Shown: positions 1 to 14,260 of the stretch, one piece after another | Numbering within the stretch: position 1 is the stretch's first letter | Layout: every line of letters begins with the position of its first letter | Assembly: GCF_001194135.2 (NCBI RefSeq) | Contig: NC_068995.1 | Coordinates: 58,084,987 to 58,148,986 of the forward strand | From: Octopus bimaculoides | Lineage: Eukaryota | Length of the DNA stretch: 64,000 bases | Reading direction: 5' to 3' | Program-made: the position numbers and the translations under genes | The notes under the pieces: model-generated | The model's database searches: none | Seen by the model: only the letters and a program-made list of their open reading frames with translations | Told to the model about the DNA's origin: nothing

Positions 1-200
1 ATATATATATATATATATATATACTTACATAAATATATACACATACATATATATATATACATACAAACATATATACACATATATATATATATACATACAA
101 ACATATATATATACATACAAACATATATATATATACATACATATATATATATATATACATATATATACATACATACATATACATACATACACACACACAC
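1..200. repeat. Compound (TA)n/(TACA)n/(CA)n microsatellite
   Basis: Directly visible; source of the spurious YIYI-type ORF 25..261. Confidence 0.95.
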
Positions 201-369
201 ATTTATAAAAATATATTCTTTTATTTGTTCCAGCCATGCAGCTGCGGTCATGCTGGAGCACCAGTGTGGTCTTTCTGTTTTCTCAGTCTGCTGTTTCACA
301 TCACCACTCCTGCATGTGCCTTTTTCCCAGCTGTTGGTACATTTGGTGTGTAATTGTATTTGATTCCAC

Positions 370-520
370 TGCCCTCGTCTGTACCTCATGTCAGGCTATT
401 GGTTCATCCAGTATTAAGGAGAAGAGGATGTCCAGTTCCCTTTTGAAGACATCCACCTCCACCCTATACAAATTTCTCAATTTTTGTGACAGGGCATTGG
501 GGAGCTGTGGGTGTTGAACC
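370..520 (-). mobile_element. Decayed 3' end of a CR1-like LINE ORF2
   Basis: Minus strand reads QLPNALSQKLRNLYRVEVDVFKRELDILFSLILDEPIA*, matching the FKxxLDxxLxxIPDEP-type C-terminus of CR1-group ORF2. Confidence 0.55.
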
Positions 521-3500
521 CTAGACTACGGCAATACCTGGTGCTGAACTGAGATAGAGTGGATGGTACTTTAGGCACAATACAATGGCAGCCAGTTCTA
601 GCATTTGTATAATACTCAATGCCAAAGTTACGTACTAGCCCTTATACGGACTTCGGTATACATGATTTGAACTTCTGGCGGCAGGTCCAGAGGGTGAAAG
701 CTGCCTTCAAAGGAACAGAAAAAGGAAATTTTACTCTAGAGAGATTTTAATGCAAGAGAACGAAAACCAAATATTGTAAAACATTAATTTAATTAATCCT
801 ACAGCTGTACCAGACCTTACCACTCCGCCGAGAAGTTATTATAGATAGATTTATCCGTTTTTCTTTTTTTACGGACGAAAACATTTGGCGTCATAACTTA
901 TGATTTTATTTACTCAATTCATGAGTGCTGCTGTAGCTATTATGTTAAGTCCAATGCCCCTCGAACAGACTGTATTATCAGACTGAGATTAAACGAACGA
1001 ATTCTGATGTAGGAGGGCCGCACCAGGGGCATCCGATAGGGTGACCCAGAGCTTTTAAGATCGGGCTAGTGTTAATCTGGTGAATACAAACTTCTTCCCT
1101 AGCTATGTGCAACAGTAATAATTAATAATGAAGATGTTGATTTCTGATAAGGTAAGAAGCCACAAATGTTTAAGAGGATCCCGGGGGAAAAGTCAGGCGA
1201 AAATTCAATAAATTACTGATTTAATTGATTTAATTTGTTTCATCGGTTTTAGATATTGAATAAAGAGAGGATATTTTACTTTCACATATGTGTAATTCCA
1301 TTATATAAATTGTTGCCATTGTGTACAGCACATGGAATGTTAGCTAATAATCAACTCAAAATATTATTTGTTTAATGACTTCACATGAAGCAGGACATGT
1401 AGTTTTGTGTTGCGGATTTATTCACCTAACCTAACTTTAATTTTTTCATTCACCGTTTGGGGGAGGAGAAAACGGAAAGATTGTGACGTTCGTGGTTAAT
1501 AATGGTATTCATTACGTATGTGTGCGTCATCTTTGTTTACTTCAGTAATTTGGAAGGGGTGAGTTATGATAATTTATTCGTCTACACTGTGAAAGGAAAC
1601 GAAATGATAAAGTGTGATATGAGGGAAGGAGGGAACATAAGAATTGAAATAGACAGACACTTCATTCATCCCTACATTTACTTTTGGAAGAAGGATGGGC
1701 GAAAGTTTGGGGAATATCGGACAGTAAAGACTGATCAAACAAGAATTTTTGTTTCTAGAAAATCATGAATGAAACAGACATGCATACGAATAAAGTGAAT
1801 GGGTTAAAATAAACGACACAGTGGGGGGGGGGGATGAAGGGTTGAAGACGGTGTAGCATTTTTGTTAAATTTTGTCGATCTAAAACTCCCTCCCATGTCT
1901 ACTCTGATAATAGCAGTTTTTCTCTGATGCTTTTGTAACAACTTTTAAAAGACTGAACGTCGATCCTTCCCTTTACTTGGTGACCACCTTTGTAGGCGGG
2001 CTTGCTTCAGCAAAACCAAGTTTACGACGACTTGTCCTGACAACCTTCACCAATCATCAACTAGGCAACACACCATACCACCACCACCACCACTATAATA
2101 CACAACAGACATCATCAACAATACATAGAGTAGTATATAAATGCTAGGGACTCAAATTACACCCATAAAATACATACGTCGACTAAATTTGTCTCGTAAC
2201 GTAAATCTTCTCCACTTTATTTGCTTGAGCTTGCATTTCTTTTTTTCCCATATGCCTTTTATTTTTACAGTTTGGGTTGTGACAAACAGTTGTCTGGTGT
2301 TATATATTCGAAGGCGAGAGGAATACAAATTGGAGTATATGAAACTTTGCGAGATAACCTTCAACCAACAAGCAATTTCATTTACGGCCAGGAGGTTTTC
2401 ATTATCTGTCCTTTTGCCACTTCTTAAGCAAAGCAATGCATTCCAGTTCATTCAATTTCAAAATTGAGAAGAAATATACCGTAAGATGACTTTTCGATTT
2501 CCATAAGGACTANNNNNNNNNNNNNNNNNNNNNNNNNNNNNNNNNNNNNNNNNNNNNNNNNNNNNNNNNNNNNNNNNNNNNNNNNNNNNNNNNNNNNNNN
2601 NNNNNNNNNNNNNNNNNNNNNNNNNNNNNNNNNNNNNNNNNNNNNNNNNNNNNNNNNNNNNNNNNNNNNNNNNNNNNNNNNNNNNNNNNNNNNNNNNNNN
2701 NNNNNNNNNNNNNNNNNNNNNNNNNNNNNNNNNNNNNNNNNNNNNNNNNNNNNNNNNNNNNNNNNNNNNNNNNNNNNNNNNNNNNNNNNNNNNNNNNNNN
2801 NNNNNNNNNNNNNNNNNNNNNNNNNNNNNNNNNNNNNNNNNNNNNNNNNNNNNNNNNNNNNNNNNNNNNNNNNNNNNNNNNNNNNNNNNNNNNNNNNNNN
2901 NNNNNNNNNNNNNNNNNNNNNNNNNNNNNNNNNNNNNNNNNNNNNNNNNNNNNNNNNNNNNNNNNNNNNNNNNNNNNNNNNNNNNNNNNNNNNNNNNNNN
3001 NNNNNNNNNNNNNNNNNNNNNNNNNNNNNNNNNNNNNNNNNNNNNNNNNNNNNNNNNNNNNNNNNNNNNNNNNNNNNNNNNNNNNNNNNNNNNNNNNNNN
3101 NNNNNNNNNNNNNNNNNNNNNNNNNNNNNNNNNNNNNNNNNNNNNNNNNNNNNNNNNNNNNNNNNNNNNNNNNNNNNATATATATATATATATATATATA
3201 TACCAACAAATTGGTTTATATACATAGAGTATTTATGGGAATAGAACAAGCACTGGGTGGTGATTAAACAGACAGAAGAACACTGTGGCAAAATTACGTA
3301 CTGATAGTTTGTTTAATTCTAATTCTTAGTGAGACTTTTAACGAAAGTCGTTTGTTTTGAGGAAGAATGTGGTTGCTATTTCTAGCACATCGAGTGAAAG
3401 TAGGGTTACTTCGTTCGGGAAAGGCCTGTATATCTCGGAGAATTTTCGCTACAAACTATTGAATGCCTTTGAAAAATAAAGAAACCCCGAACGTCAGCAC

Positions 3501-4128
3501 CTAAATACTCTTAATCCCTTATAAATTTGTAAATTTTTGTATCTTCGTAAGAAGATATTCTAAAAATTGGTTTAATGAGCATTGGTACGGAAAGGATCTC
3601 TAGATGGAAAGTTGACAACAGACATAAACTGGGTTAAACACGTCACGTAGTTTTTTGTCTTTCAAACAACCGAAAGAAAATCGGGGGAATCGAGTCAAAC
3701 ATTGCAAAGTGTGTCACACACAAGTTCAAATCTTCGTGTATGCGTCTGTCTTCTGTTCTGCTGTTTAGCTCCATGTCAGCCCTGTTCGATCAGACCTATC
3801 ATTAAATGTATAGTGGCCATGGCTATCTCATCTTTTTAGACAATATTATCCACTCAAATATGTCTTACCTTTTTTTTTAAAGACGGTAGCACGTGATTTG
3901 AGAGTAATGTGGCTGCTATTTTTAGCAGGCCGAGCGACCAGGTAGAAGCTATCACAAGTCGCATTGCTGAAGACTAGGTCCTTGGAGTCACTTATTCCAC
4001 ATCTTGGCAAGAATGTCTGATAATTTCCTCTCCCAAAATCCATTTAACTATATTTTGGCTTCATGGAATAGAGAAACATTGTTTCTTTTTCAGACAGAAC
4101 ATATATTTGAAAGTGAGGTGTAAACCAG

Positions 4129-4160
<32 letters not shown>

Positions 4161-5689
4161 NNNNNNNNNNNNNNNNNNNNNNNNNNNNNNNNNNNNNNNN
4201 NNNNNNNNNNNNNNNNNNNNNNNNNNNNNNNNNNNNNNNNNNNNNNNNNNNNNNNNNNNNNNNNNNNNNNNNNNNNNNNNNNNNNNNNNNNNNNNNNNNN
4301 NNNNNNNNNNNNNNNNNNNNNNNNNNNNNNNNNNNNNNNNNNNNNNNNNNNNNNNNNNNNNNNNNNNNNNNNNNNNNNNNNNNNNNNNNNNNNNNNNNNN
4401 NNNNNNNNNNNNNNNNNNNNNNNNNNNNNNNNNNNNNNNNNNNNNNNNNNNNNNNNNNNNNNNNNNNNNNNNNNNNNNNNNNNNNNNNNNNNNNNNNNNN
4501 NNNNNNNNNNNNNNNNNNNNNNNNNNNTATATATAGTCCATTTTTTACATACTGATATTATCTTCTCGAATCATTTCAAAGGCTTTCTTTAAGTGCGGAG
4601 AGGAAGCTGCAAATAGCTGTTCCGTACGATAATAAAAGAACAGTCTACCGGCCTCCATACACACACAATCACCCGTTAATTATTATTTGATAATTACTAA
4701 TCAATTCTTAAATGATGTTCTTTTACCTTTCATTCTGCATACACTCGCTTTTCTTCTCCAAGGCACCTACTATGTCTGTTGTGTGTGTATATACACGCAC
4801 ACGCATTCCTTGGGATCAAGTTTGGTGTCAGCTTGTAAATTTATATACAGCAAGCGAACGAGTATTGTTTTATTGCATACATACGCATAGCGGAATGGAT
4901 CGTAGAACCTAATTTACTATCTTCTTTATTAATGCTTTGTGTCATTAAAATATGAGTGTAAAAGTCAATGTTATTCAATGCTTCCTCGCCAATCAGTAAA
5001 ATGTGGAGATCGAAGATTGGGGTCTTGAACCGTACACCGAACCGCTTCTAAGTGAAGAAGTTCATTGACATACTTTTAATTCCTCGCAGTTCAAAGTAAC
5101 AACACATAAACTGCAGAAAGATTTCCTTCTCTGTGTAATTCTTTTTCGTGTTTATTTAATAATTACGATTTATTAAAATTGTGAAGTGGACGAGAGGAGA
5201 AAAGCTGTTTGAAACTCATCATCCCTTAAACAAAACAAACAGCCTGTTGTGTTCAATTAAACACACACACACCTCCGTATTAAACCTAACAGACGTATTC
5301 AGGTCAATGTAGTAGTAGCAGCAGCATTAACAAAATTGCTGTTGCTGGTGGCGGCATGGGATAAGGTTAAATGTTTCAATTATTTTTGTCACTGTCGTCA
5401 TCTTGTTATCTCATCTCTACTTGATAATATGTGCCCTATATAATACATGCTAATCCCTATACATCCTGCAAGTGGAAATCACAGTGTATGCAGAACACCC
5501 TTATTTATTACATAACAAAAGGAAAATAATAAAGCATAAATAGTTCCAACGAAAAACCAAAACTTACACAGAAACTTGTAAAAAATAAATAAAAGAACTG
5601 CAAAGTTTTTCTGTTTATTTATTTTTTAATCCTAAGATTAAGTAGGCAAAGTGAGTATCTCTCTCTCTCTCTCACACACATGCTAACAC

Positions 5690-5730
<41 letters not shown>

Positions 5731-6134
5731 NNNNNNNNNNNNNNNNNNNNNNNNNNNNNNNNNNNNNNNNNNNNNNNNNNNNNNNNNNNNNNNNNNNNNN
5801 NNNNNNNNNNNNNNNNNNNNNNNNNNNNNNNNNNNNNNNNNNNNNNNNNNNNNNNNNNNNNNNNNNNNNNNNNNNNNNNNNNNNNNNNNNNNNNNNNNNN
5901 NNNNNNNNNNNNNNNNNNNNNNNNNNNNNNNNNNNNNNNNNNNNNNNNNNNNNNNNNNNNNNNNNNNNNNNNNNNNNNNNNNNNNNNNNNNNNNNNNNNN
6001 NNNNNNNNNNNNNNNNNNNNNNNNNNNNNNNNNNNNNNNNNNNNNNNNNNNNNNNNNNNNNNNNNNNNNNNNNNNNNNNNNNNNNNNNNNNNNNNNNNNN
6101 NNNNNNNNNNNNNNNNNNNNNNNNNNNNNNNNNN

Positions 6135-6206
<72 letters not shown>

Positions 6207-6656
6207 TTACATCTGGGAACATGCAACCGTGTCGTAAGTAAAATATAAAACGAAACTTATTGCCTTGACACAGTCAAGCAGTATATATTTTTTGAGAACA
6301 TCGATGGGCTTGTTGACATAGTTTACATGGAACGTAAAAGATACCGTTACGCTCCTGAGCACTCACACGTGTGTGTTTGTATAGATAGATACATACCTAC
6401 ATACATATAGATATATATATACCATGACAAATCAGACTGGGACTTGGCACAGCGCTCCAGCTGAAACAGTTCCAGTCAAACCAGACGCTATATAATGATA
6501 TATATACATATAGCTACACACACACACACATATATCAACTTATCAATAGGCTGAATTAGTAAACCTATTATCAACGTGCCTATAATGACTACAGGAAACA
6601 GGTGTAAGCCAAATTTGCTGTAATAAAGGCAAAATATGTAATGACCATTATTTACA

Positions 6657-6710
<54 letters not shown>

Positions 6711-9164
6711 TATATTAGATATCTTCCGTCTCTCCATATATATATATAAACACACACACCAGTAAAGTGAACACTGAGTGACAAACAAAACAGTGAACTG
6801 ACTAACAGTTGTTATGACAATATTTGAAAAGTAGATTTGATATCAACCAGCCTATGGATGTTTAGTAGAGTTTGCTCTGTTTCATATATTCAGACTAGAC
6901 ACTCGTCACTGAGTTAGTGTGACCTTATGACGCACTCACATCTAGATACTCGCCTAAATATCAAAAACTGAATCTAATATCTGTGGACCCTGGTCCACCC
7001 TAAAATCCTGACATTAGCACTTGGTAATACATCGTATCTGGAAGATATGAGTAGATGTCTCCAAAACAAAACTTCTCAGCACCTCTATCCTATTGTCCAT
7101 TCCATCTGTTGGAGTTAACATTTTTTACTCAAACTTCATTCTGCAAAGTGGTACCCCCTCGAGTGTAGATTCCACTCTGCAATGCTGTCACCTCACTTTG
7201 GATATCAGGGAGAAAGATTTCCAACTTGGTGCAAAACTCTCCCTCACTTTTTAAATGCATGTACTTTTGCCACTGCATTTCAAAGTTCTCCAACCATTGA
7301 GTGAACACCACTTATAAAGTGGGGTTTACCCAGTGTACTAGGGATTAGAACAAAAACATGACTAGTTTCAAAGAAAAACAAATTAGTCACACTCCCTATG
7401 AATTAAGATTCCGACTTCAATCAGGGACTCCAAAAACAAACTTCTTCCACCTTGCCCAATTCATCTTGCAGACCCTGCCAAACACCAACAACTCTTCAAC
7501 CATATCTCTAACTGCATCAAGGACATTTAACACACAACATCCATCCATCGAGTTTCTTGGTGGCATTGATGATCACATGCTCGTTACTAAACTGATGTTG
7601 TTGGAGCAGAGACCAAATCATTTACAATCCTCAGTTGCCAACATCAACACACCCCTGACAGTGGTCCTTGGAATAAACAACAGACATTCCAAACACCACT
7701 GATTACTTTTGCACCTCCAAAACCCTGCCTCAACCAAACTAATCATCTCTGCACCTAGTGTAACTGCCATACATCTACATACTATGCAACATCCACCTCC
7801 TCAACTGAATGATCACATCTCTACCAATTTTATGCTAACTTTTCCAGGTAATGCATCTTTTTAAACTGACCCATCAAAAAAAGCTTCGTAGGTGACTGAA
7901 ATCACCCTCTTAGGCTTGTCCCTCCTCATTCCCAAATTTCTAAATCAGAATAAGTCCCTAGAGAGGGGTACTGAAAATTTGGATAAGGAAGAGGCTAGCA
8001 CTAGCTGCATTGTTTGTGAATAATGAAAATGGTACAGTCAGAGCATATTTCGCTTTGTTGATTTCAAGCAAGTGGAAGGAGATACTCTTGCACATGGCAT
8101 CTAGGACTTCCACCAACCTCTGACCCACAGACATGCTACTTCATGGCTTGTTCTTCTGCTACTACCGATGCCTCAGCTCCTCAAGTGTGATTGGTCTTAT
8201 TTCATCAACACGCAAGTACTCGTAACTCATCTTTATTTATCTTGTTATCCATATTGTGTCCAGTGAAAATAAGTGGTGTAGTGGTTAGAGTGTCATATTC
8301 ACAATCGCCAGATCATGGTTTCAATTCCTTGAGAGGGTGGTGCATGGTATGCTTCATCAAAACACTTCATTTTAAATTGCTCCTGTCCATTCAATTGTAA
8401 ATGAGTAACCCTGCAACAGACTGGCAACTTATTCCAATATAATGTTATCTTGGTCAGTTTACTCTATGGAAACCAGTAACCAATCGACCTTATTACAAGC
8501 CATAGAAATTTAGATGGTAATGACCAGAGGTATTGTTTCTACCTCAACCATCAGGCCCAACACAAACCATACTGCATTGTCTTTCCTTTTCTAAGAAAAA
8601 CAATGGAACTCTACTCTCCAGCTGTCAACTTGCAACAAATCAAATGGAATGTGAACGCCAACAGTATTAGAAGGTCTGCAAAAATTATTGGCACAACTCC
8701 TCCTTCCAGACCAAATGAGTTAAAAAAGAAAAGAAAAACATTTTCCTTTTACACACACTACATTATGACATTTTCAGAGTGAACAATTTTGGTCAGGGAA
8801 GAATGCAAGGAAAGAAACTCAGAATGTGTTAAGAGGAGATGAACTCTAGAGCTAAATGAAAAGTTTGTTGCAGTATTTATGAGAAAGGAAGAAACTAAGT
8901 CAAAGTTGAAACAGCTTGACAAATTCGATGAGATGGAGGGGAATGCGTATATCAGTAAGATTCAGTGCACTAAAAGGAGAATAAATCTACGTGAGAAAGT
9001 ATATAAGAACAGCCCTTTACTGAAGAGTTATTGCTTAGACTACAGGCCAGCCTAAATCAAGGCAAATCTACACAATTGAAGTTGTTCCACTCGGAACTAT
9101 CCAGTCTTTTGATATAAGGTGACACATTGGGAGAATCGTTAAGCACGTCAGACAAAATGAAAAC

Positions 9165-9551
9165 GCGTGCATATATATATATATACATTTATGTATATAC
9201 ATATATATATATGTGTGTATATATATACATACATATATATATGTGTATATATATATATATACATATATATATATGTGTGTATATATATACATACATATAT
9301 ATATGTGTATATATATACATACATATATATGTGTATGTATATATATATACATATATATATATGTGTATGTATATATATATACATATATATATATATGTGT
9401 ATGTATATATATATATACATATATATATATATGTGTGTGTATGTATATATATATATGTGTGTGTATGTATATATATATATATATATACATGTGTATGTAT
9501 ATATATATATATACATATATGTGTGTATATATATATATATATATGTGTATG

Positions 9552-9582
<31 letters not shown>

Positions 9583-9662
9583 ATATATTTATATTTGTAT
9601 ATATACATATGTGTATATATATATGTATATATACATATATATGTGTGTATATATACATACAT
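9165..9662. repeat. About 500-bp compound TA/TG/CA microsatellite array
   Basis: Directly visible; explains the ORF cluster at 9068-9712. Confidence 0.95.
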
Positions 9663-9663
9663 A

Positions 9664-10850
9664 TCGTCGTTTAACGTCCGCTTTCCATGCTAGCATGGGT
9701 TGGACGATTTGACTGAGGACTGGTGGAACCCAAAGGCTACACCAGGCTCCAATCTGGTTTGGCAGAGTTTCTACAGCTGGATGCCCTTCCTAACGCCAAC
9801 CACTCCGAGAGTGTAGTAGGTGCTTTTACGTGTCACCCGCACGAAGGCCAGCCAGGCGATACTGGCAACGGCCATGCTCAAAATGGTGTATTTTATGTGC
9901 CACCCACACAAAAACCAGCGATCTCGCTCAAAAGTCCTTACACATGCTGCAGGCACAAGTGCCAGAAAGGCAACGCTGGGAACAGGTGCCATCACAATTT
10001 CGCTTGCCCCAACAGGTCTTCGCAAGCTGAGTTTCGTGTCCAATGAAGGAGACGATGTTGGCATGGATGCCAGTCGTCGAATCTAGTTCGAGTTCGATTT
10101 CACTTGCCTCAACAGGTCTTCGCAAGCAGAGTTTAGTGTCCAATGAAGGAAAGGTACGCATAAGTGGGCTGGCTACACCGCTGGCAGAGGCCTTGGATTT
10201 AGGTCTCACTTGGCTTGCCAAGTCTTCTCACACACAGCATATTTCCAAAGGTCTCGGTCAGAAGTCATCGCCTCGGTGAGGCCCAATGTTCACCACCTCA
10301 TCCCAGGTCTTCCTGGGCCTACCTCTTCCACTGGTTCCTTCCACTGCTAGGGTGTGGCACTTTTTCACACAACTATCTCGTCCATTCTCGCCACATGACC
10401 ATACCAAAGCAATCGTCTCTCTTGCACACCACAACTGATGCTTCTTAGGTTCAACTTTTCTCTCAAGGCATTTACACTGTCTAGTATGAACACTTACATT
10501 ACACATCCAGCGGAGCATACTGGCTTCATCCCTTGCGAGCCTACGCATGTCTTCGGCAGTCACGGCCCATGTTTCACTGCCATGAAGCATGGCTGTTCGT
10601 ACACATGCATCATACAGTCTGCCTTTTACTCTGAGCGAGAGGCCCTTAGTCACCAGCAGAGGTAAAAGCTCTCGGAACTTTGCCCAGGCTATTCTTATTC
10701 TAGCAGCTACACTTTCAGCGCACCCTCCCCCACCACTAACTTGGTCACCTAGATATCGGAAGCTATCANNNNNNNNNNCCTCCCCCACCACTAACTTGGT
10801 CACCTAGATATCGGAAGCTATCAACCACTTCTAGTTTTTCTCCCTGGAAT
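9664..10850 (-). mobile_element. 5'-truncated RTE-clade LINE (ORF2 C-terminus plus 3' UTR)
   Basis: ORF 10258..10803 (DSFRYLGDQVSGGGGCAESVAARIRIAWAKFRELLPLL...GRGRPRKTWDEVV) matches the other RTE copies here. The 3' UTR ends in TTTAACGTCCGCTTTCCATGCTAGCATGGGTTGGACG (plus strand). Confidence 0.9.
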
Positions 10851-10916
10851 GTGGCAGAAGTTTTTTTCTGCACATTTACATATATAGTAAATATACATCT
10901 GCTATATATTTACATA

Positions 10917-10960
<44 letters not shown>

Positions 10961-11114
10961 NNNNNNNNNNACATACATATACTTATATATATATACACAT
11001 ATATATACTTAAATATATATCTTTATATATATACATATATATAAACACACACATATATATTTACATATATACATACATATATATATTTACATATATACAT
11101 ACACATATTTACAT

Positions 11115-11147
<33 letters not shown>

Positions 11148-12213
11148 NNNNNNNNNNGATAAGCGGTAAATGTCGAAAAGAGGCACGAAAAATTAACTAC
11201 TCTGAAGATTCTATCAGAAATATCTCCTGGGCTCTGTGTGCCGTCGGTTCCTCCGACAAATGCGCCTCTTTTTTTCTGCGTTTACGTTTAGACCAACTCT
11301 GAGCTGAACAAATAATTGATCAAAAGCGTTCCTGTTGTGACCGTCTCATCGTTTTGTATAACTGCCCAATAGCCTTCCTTTTAAAAGACAGCTGGGTGTG
11401 ATTTGGGGCACTTTCATCTATTACTTCTACCGGGTTTGAAGATCCATCGTTAGGTCGTCATTAAATGTTATAATAACCTTCCCGCCATGGCCATCTCGTT
11501 TTTATTTTCTGGTATCTAAGACGACATTATCTGAACCATTGCTTCTAGTTCAAGATACTAGTGCATCATTTTAAGAATATATAAACTGCTATTTCTCAAT
11601 GACTCAAGCAACCCCACCATGGTTAGTTCCTCAACAACTGTAATAGAGTTAGACCCCGAGTTTAAATCATGTGTAAGCCACAAATTCCGATCATTTCACT
11701 TTCTTTACGTATTAAAACTCCTAAACTATTTTAGAAGAAAGTAAAGACTATCAAATCAAATATAAATATACATAAGGCATAACTACAGAAATGGGCCCCT
11801 CACAACTTTGCTTCCTAATAACTTTCTGAAAAATGAATGTTTCTAAATGAAATTTACTTATAAATACATTTCAATAGTGCAAATTACGATTATACCAGAA
11901 TTTAAAGTGAATATAACAAAAAATGTGGAACAGACATCAAAAATTGGGGGTGGGGTTCAGCATAATCGTAATCTCCATTAAAACATATGGGGACACAAAG
12001 TCGAAACGTGGAATATTCGAAACTCCTCTCAGCCACCCCTGCTTCGAGAAAAATCTCAACAAATTCCGATGCAATAGTAATTTACACAATCTGAGACATA
12101 TTTGTTGAAAATTTCATTTAAAAATGTCAATTCAGAAAGTTATGAGGAAACAAATTCAGGGTTAGTAAGCAGTTGTGTAGTAATGCCTCTATCTCACTTT
12201 CTACATACATACA

Positions 12214-12271
<58 letters not shown>

Positions 12272-12645
12272 GTTAAGGGAAGAATCGAATGTATTTCGTT
12301 GTATGTCAGTGATGATTGCTGTTGTTGTTTCAGCCCCAAATATTCTGGAGACGACAAATCAAAAGCATTTCAAACATGATCATGCTGTTTTTTGTTATTA
12401 AATTTTTTTCCCAAGCTTTGTGTACCTGTACCATGGACTTCATATATATCCAATGTGGTCTTCCTTCTTTTTCACAAAACTGTAGCACCATTTGAAAGAT
12501 TTAGGTGCTATTTTTAGTAGCTCGAGCGACCATGTAAAGGCTTCCCTGGGTTATATTGGGCTGGTTTGACAAGACTAAGGAGGCAATAAAAGTTCGTACA
12601 CCATATATACATATATATACACATATATATATATATATTATTTGT

Positions 12646-12698
<53 letters not shown>

Positions 12699-13243
12699 NN
12701 NNNNNNNNNNNNNNNNNNNNNNNNNNNNNNNNNNNNNNNNNNNNNNNNNNNNNNNNNNNNNNNNNNNNNNNNNNNNNNNNNNNNNNNNNNNNNNNNNNNN
12801 NNNNNNNNNNNNNNNNNNNNNNNNNNNNNNNNNNNNNNNNNNNNNNNNNNNNNNNNNNNNNNNNNNNNNNNNNNNNNNNNNNNNNNNNNNNNNNNNNNNN
12901 NNNNNNNNNNNNNNNNNNNNNNNNNNNNNNNNNNNNNNNNNNNNNNNNNNNNNNNNNNNNNNNNNNNNNNNNNNNNNNNNNNNNNNNNNNNNNNNNNNNN
13001 NNNNNNNNNNNNNNNNNNNNNNNNNNNNNNNNNNNNNNNNNNNNNNNNNNNNNNNNNNNNNNNNNNNNNNNNNNNNNNNNNNNNNNNNNNNNNNNNNNNN
13101 NNNNNNNNNNNNNNNNNNNNNNNNNNNNNNNNNNNNNNNNNNNNNNNNNNNNNNNNNNNNNNNNNNNNNNNNNNNNNNNNNNNNNNNNNNNNNNNNNNNN
13201 NNNNNNNNNNNNNNNNNNNNNNNNNNNNNNNNNNNNNNNNNNN

Positions 13244-13323
<80 letters not shown>

Positions 13324-14260
13324 TAGCGTGTGTGATATTAATTTGACGAGGCCATGCGGCCGCATTTTAAGAGGAGACGGAGAATATGTAATCCCTCCGT
13401 TAAAGTACGTGTAACTATAATATATAAACAGATATAGATGACATGTACTTTGCGAATAATATATATATATGTGTGTGTGTGTATGAAATAGTGAGAGATG
13501 AGGTAATTGAGTAAAAGTGAGAGAAACGGGAAGGTGAGAAAAACAACCCCGACCAAAAAAAAAAAAAATTGTGTAATGAATAAATAAAATAGCCATAATG
13601 AGTTTTAATGATAATAAATAAATAATCGTCCTTGTTTCTAAACGGTATTTATTTTGTCTGGTTGTGGTCGGTTGGTGGTGATCATCCTTCTCTCTCTCTC
13701 TCTCTCTGCGCGTCTGCCCTCTTTCAATAGAAACAGACATGTGTAATGTACATTTCTACACACACACGTATATATAGATATATATATATATATACTTGGT
13801 ATATAATATATATATGTATGTATGTATATATATATTTATGTATGTTGGTTTAGCACATGACCTTGCTGGTTGAACAATGGTAAAAAAAGAGTCAGTTAAA
13901 AGCTTTCCAAGCGCCGCCCGATCCCCAAACAACCGAAACACGACAGAACGACTTGCAAAGATGAGCGCTGCTTCCTTTGCTTTGTTCGATGATGATGATG
14001 GTTGTGGGGTTTTTTTCCTTTTTTTCAGTTTTATGGGTTTTGTTTTGCTTTTTTTTTGGAGGGGGGGATCGGGTTGGGGTTATTTTTGTTGTTACTTTGT
14101 TTCTTGACAAACCATTAAAAACCACCCCACTCAAGTACATAAAAAATTTCCAGCCCTTTTAGATTTCTTTTTCCCCCCTTTTTTCTCTCAGCCCTCTCAA
14201 CCCGAACTTTTACCCCCCTTACGAATTTTATCAGCAAAATAATATTCAGAAAACACTCAC

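Noticed and set aside
7020-7900. ORFs 7129..7311 (-) and 7358..7702 (+)
   Set aside because: No recognisable domain or consistent splice sites; may be a very old LINE remnant but I could not support a call.
10724-10826. Direct duplication around a 10-N gap (likewise 34490-34630)
   Set aside because: Identical sequence on both sides of a 10-N spacer indicates unmerged contig overlap, an assembly artefact.
2448-13740. Long ORFs made of X and YIYI/VCVC residues (also 59828-60485)
   Set aside because: They arise from N gaps and (TA)n/(TG)n microsatellites, not coding sequence.
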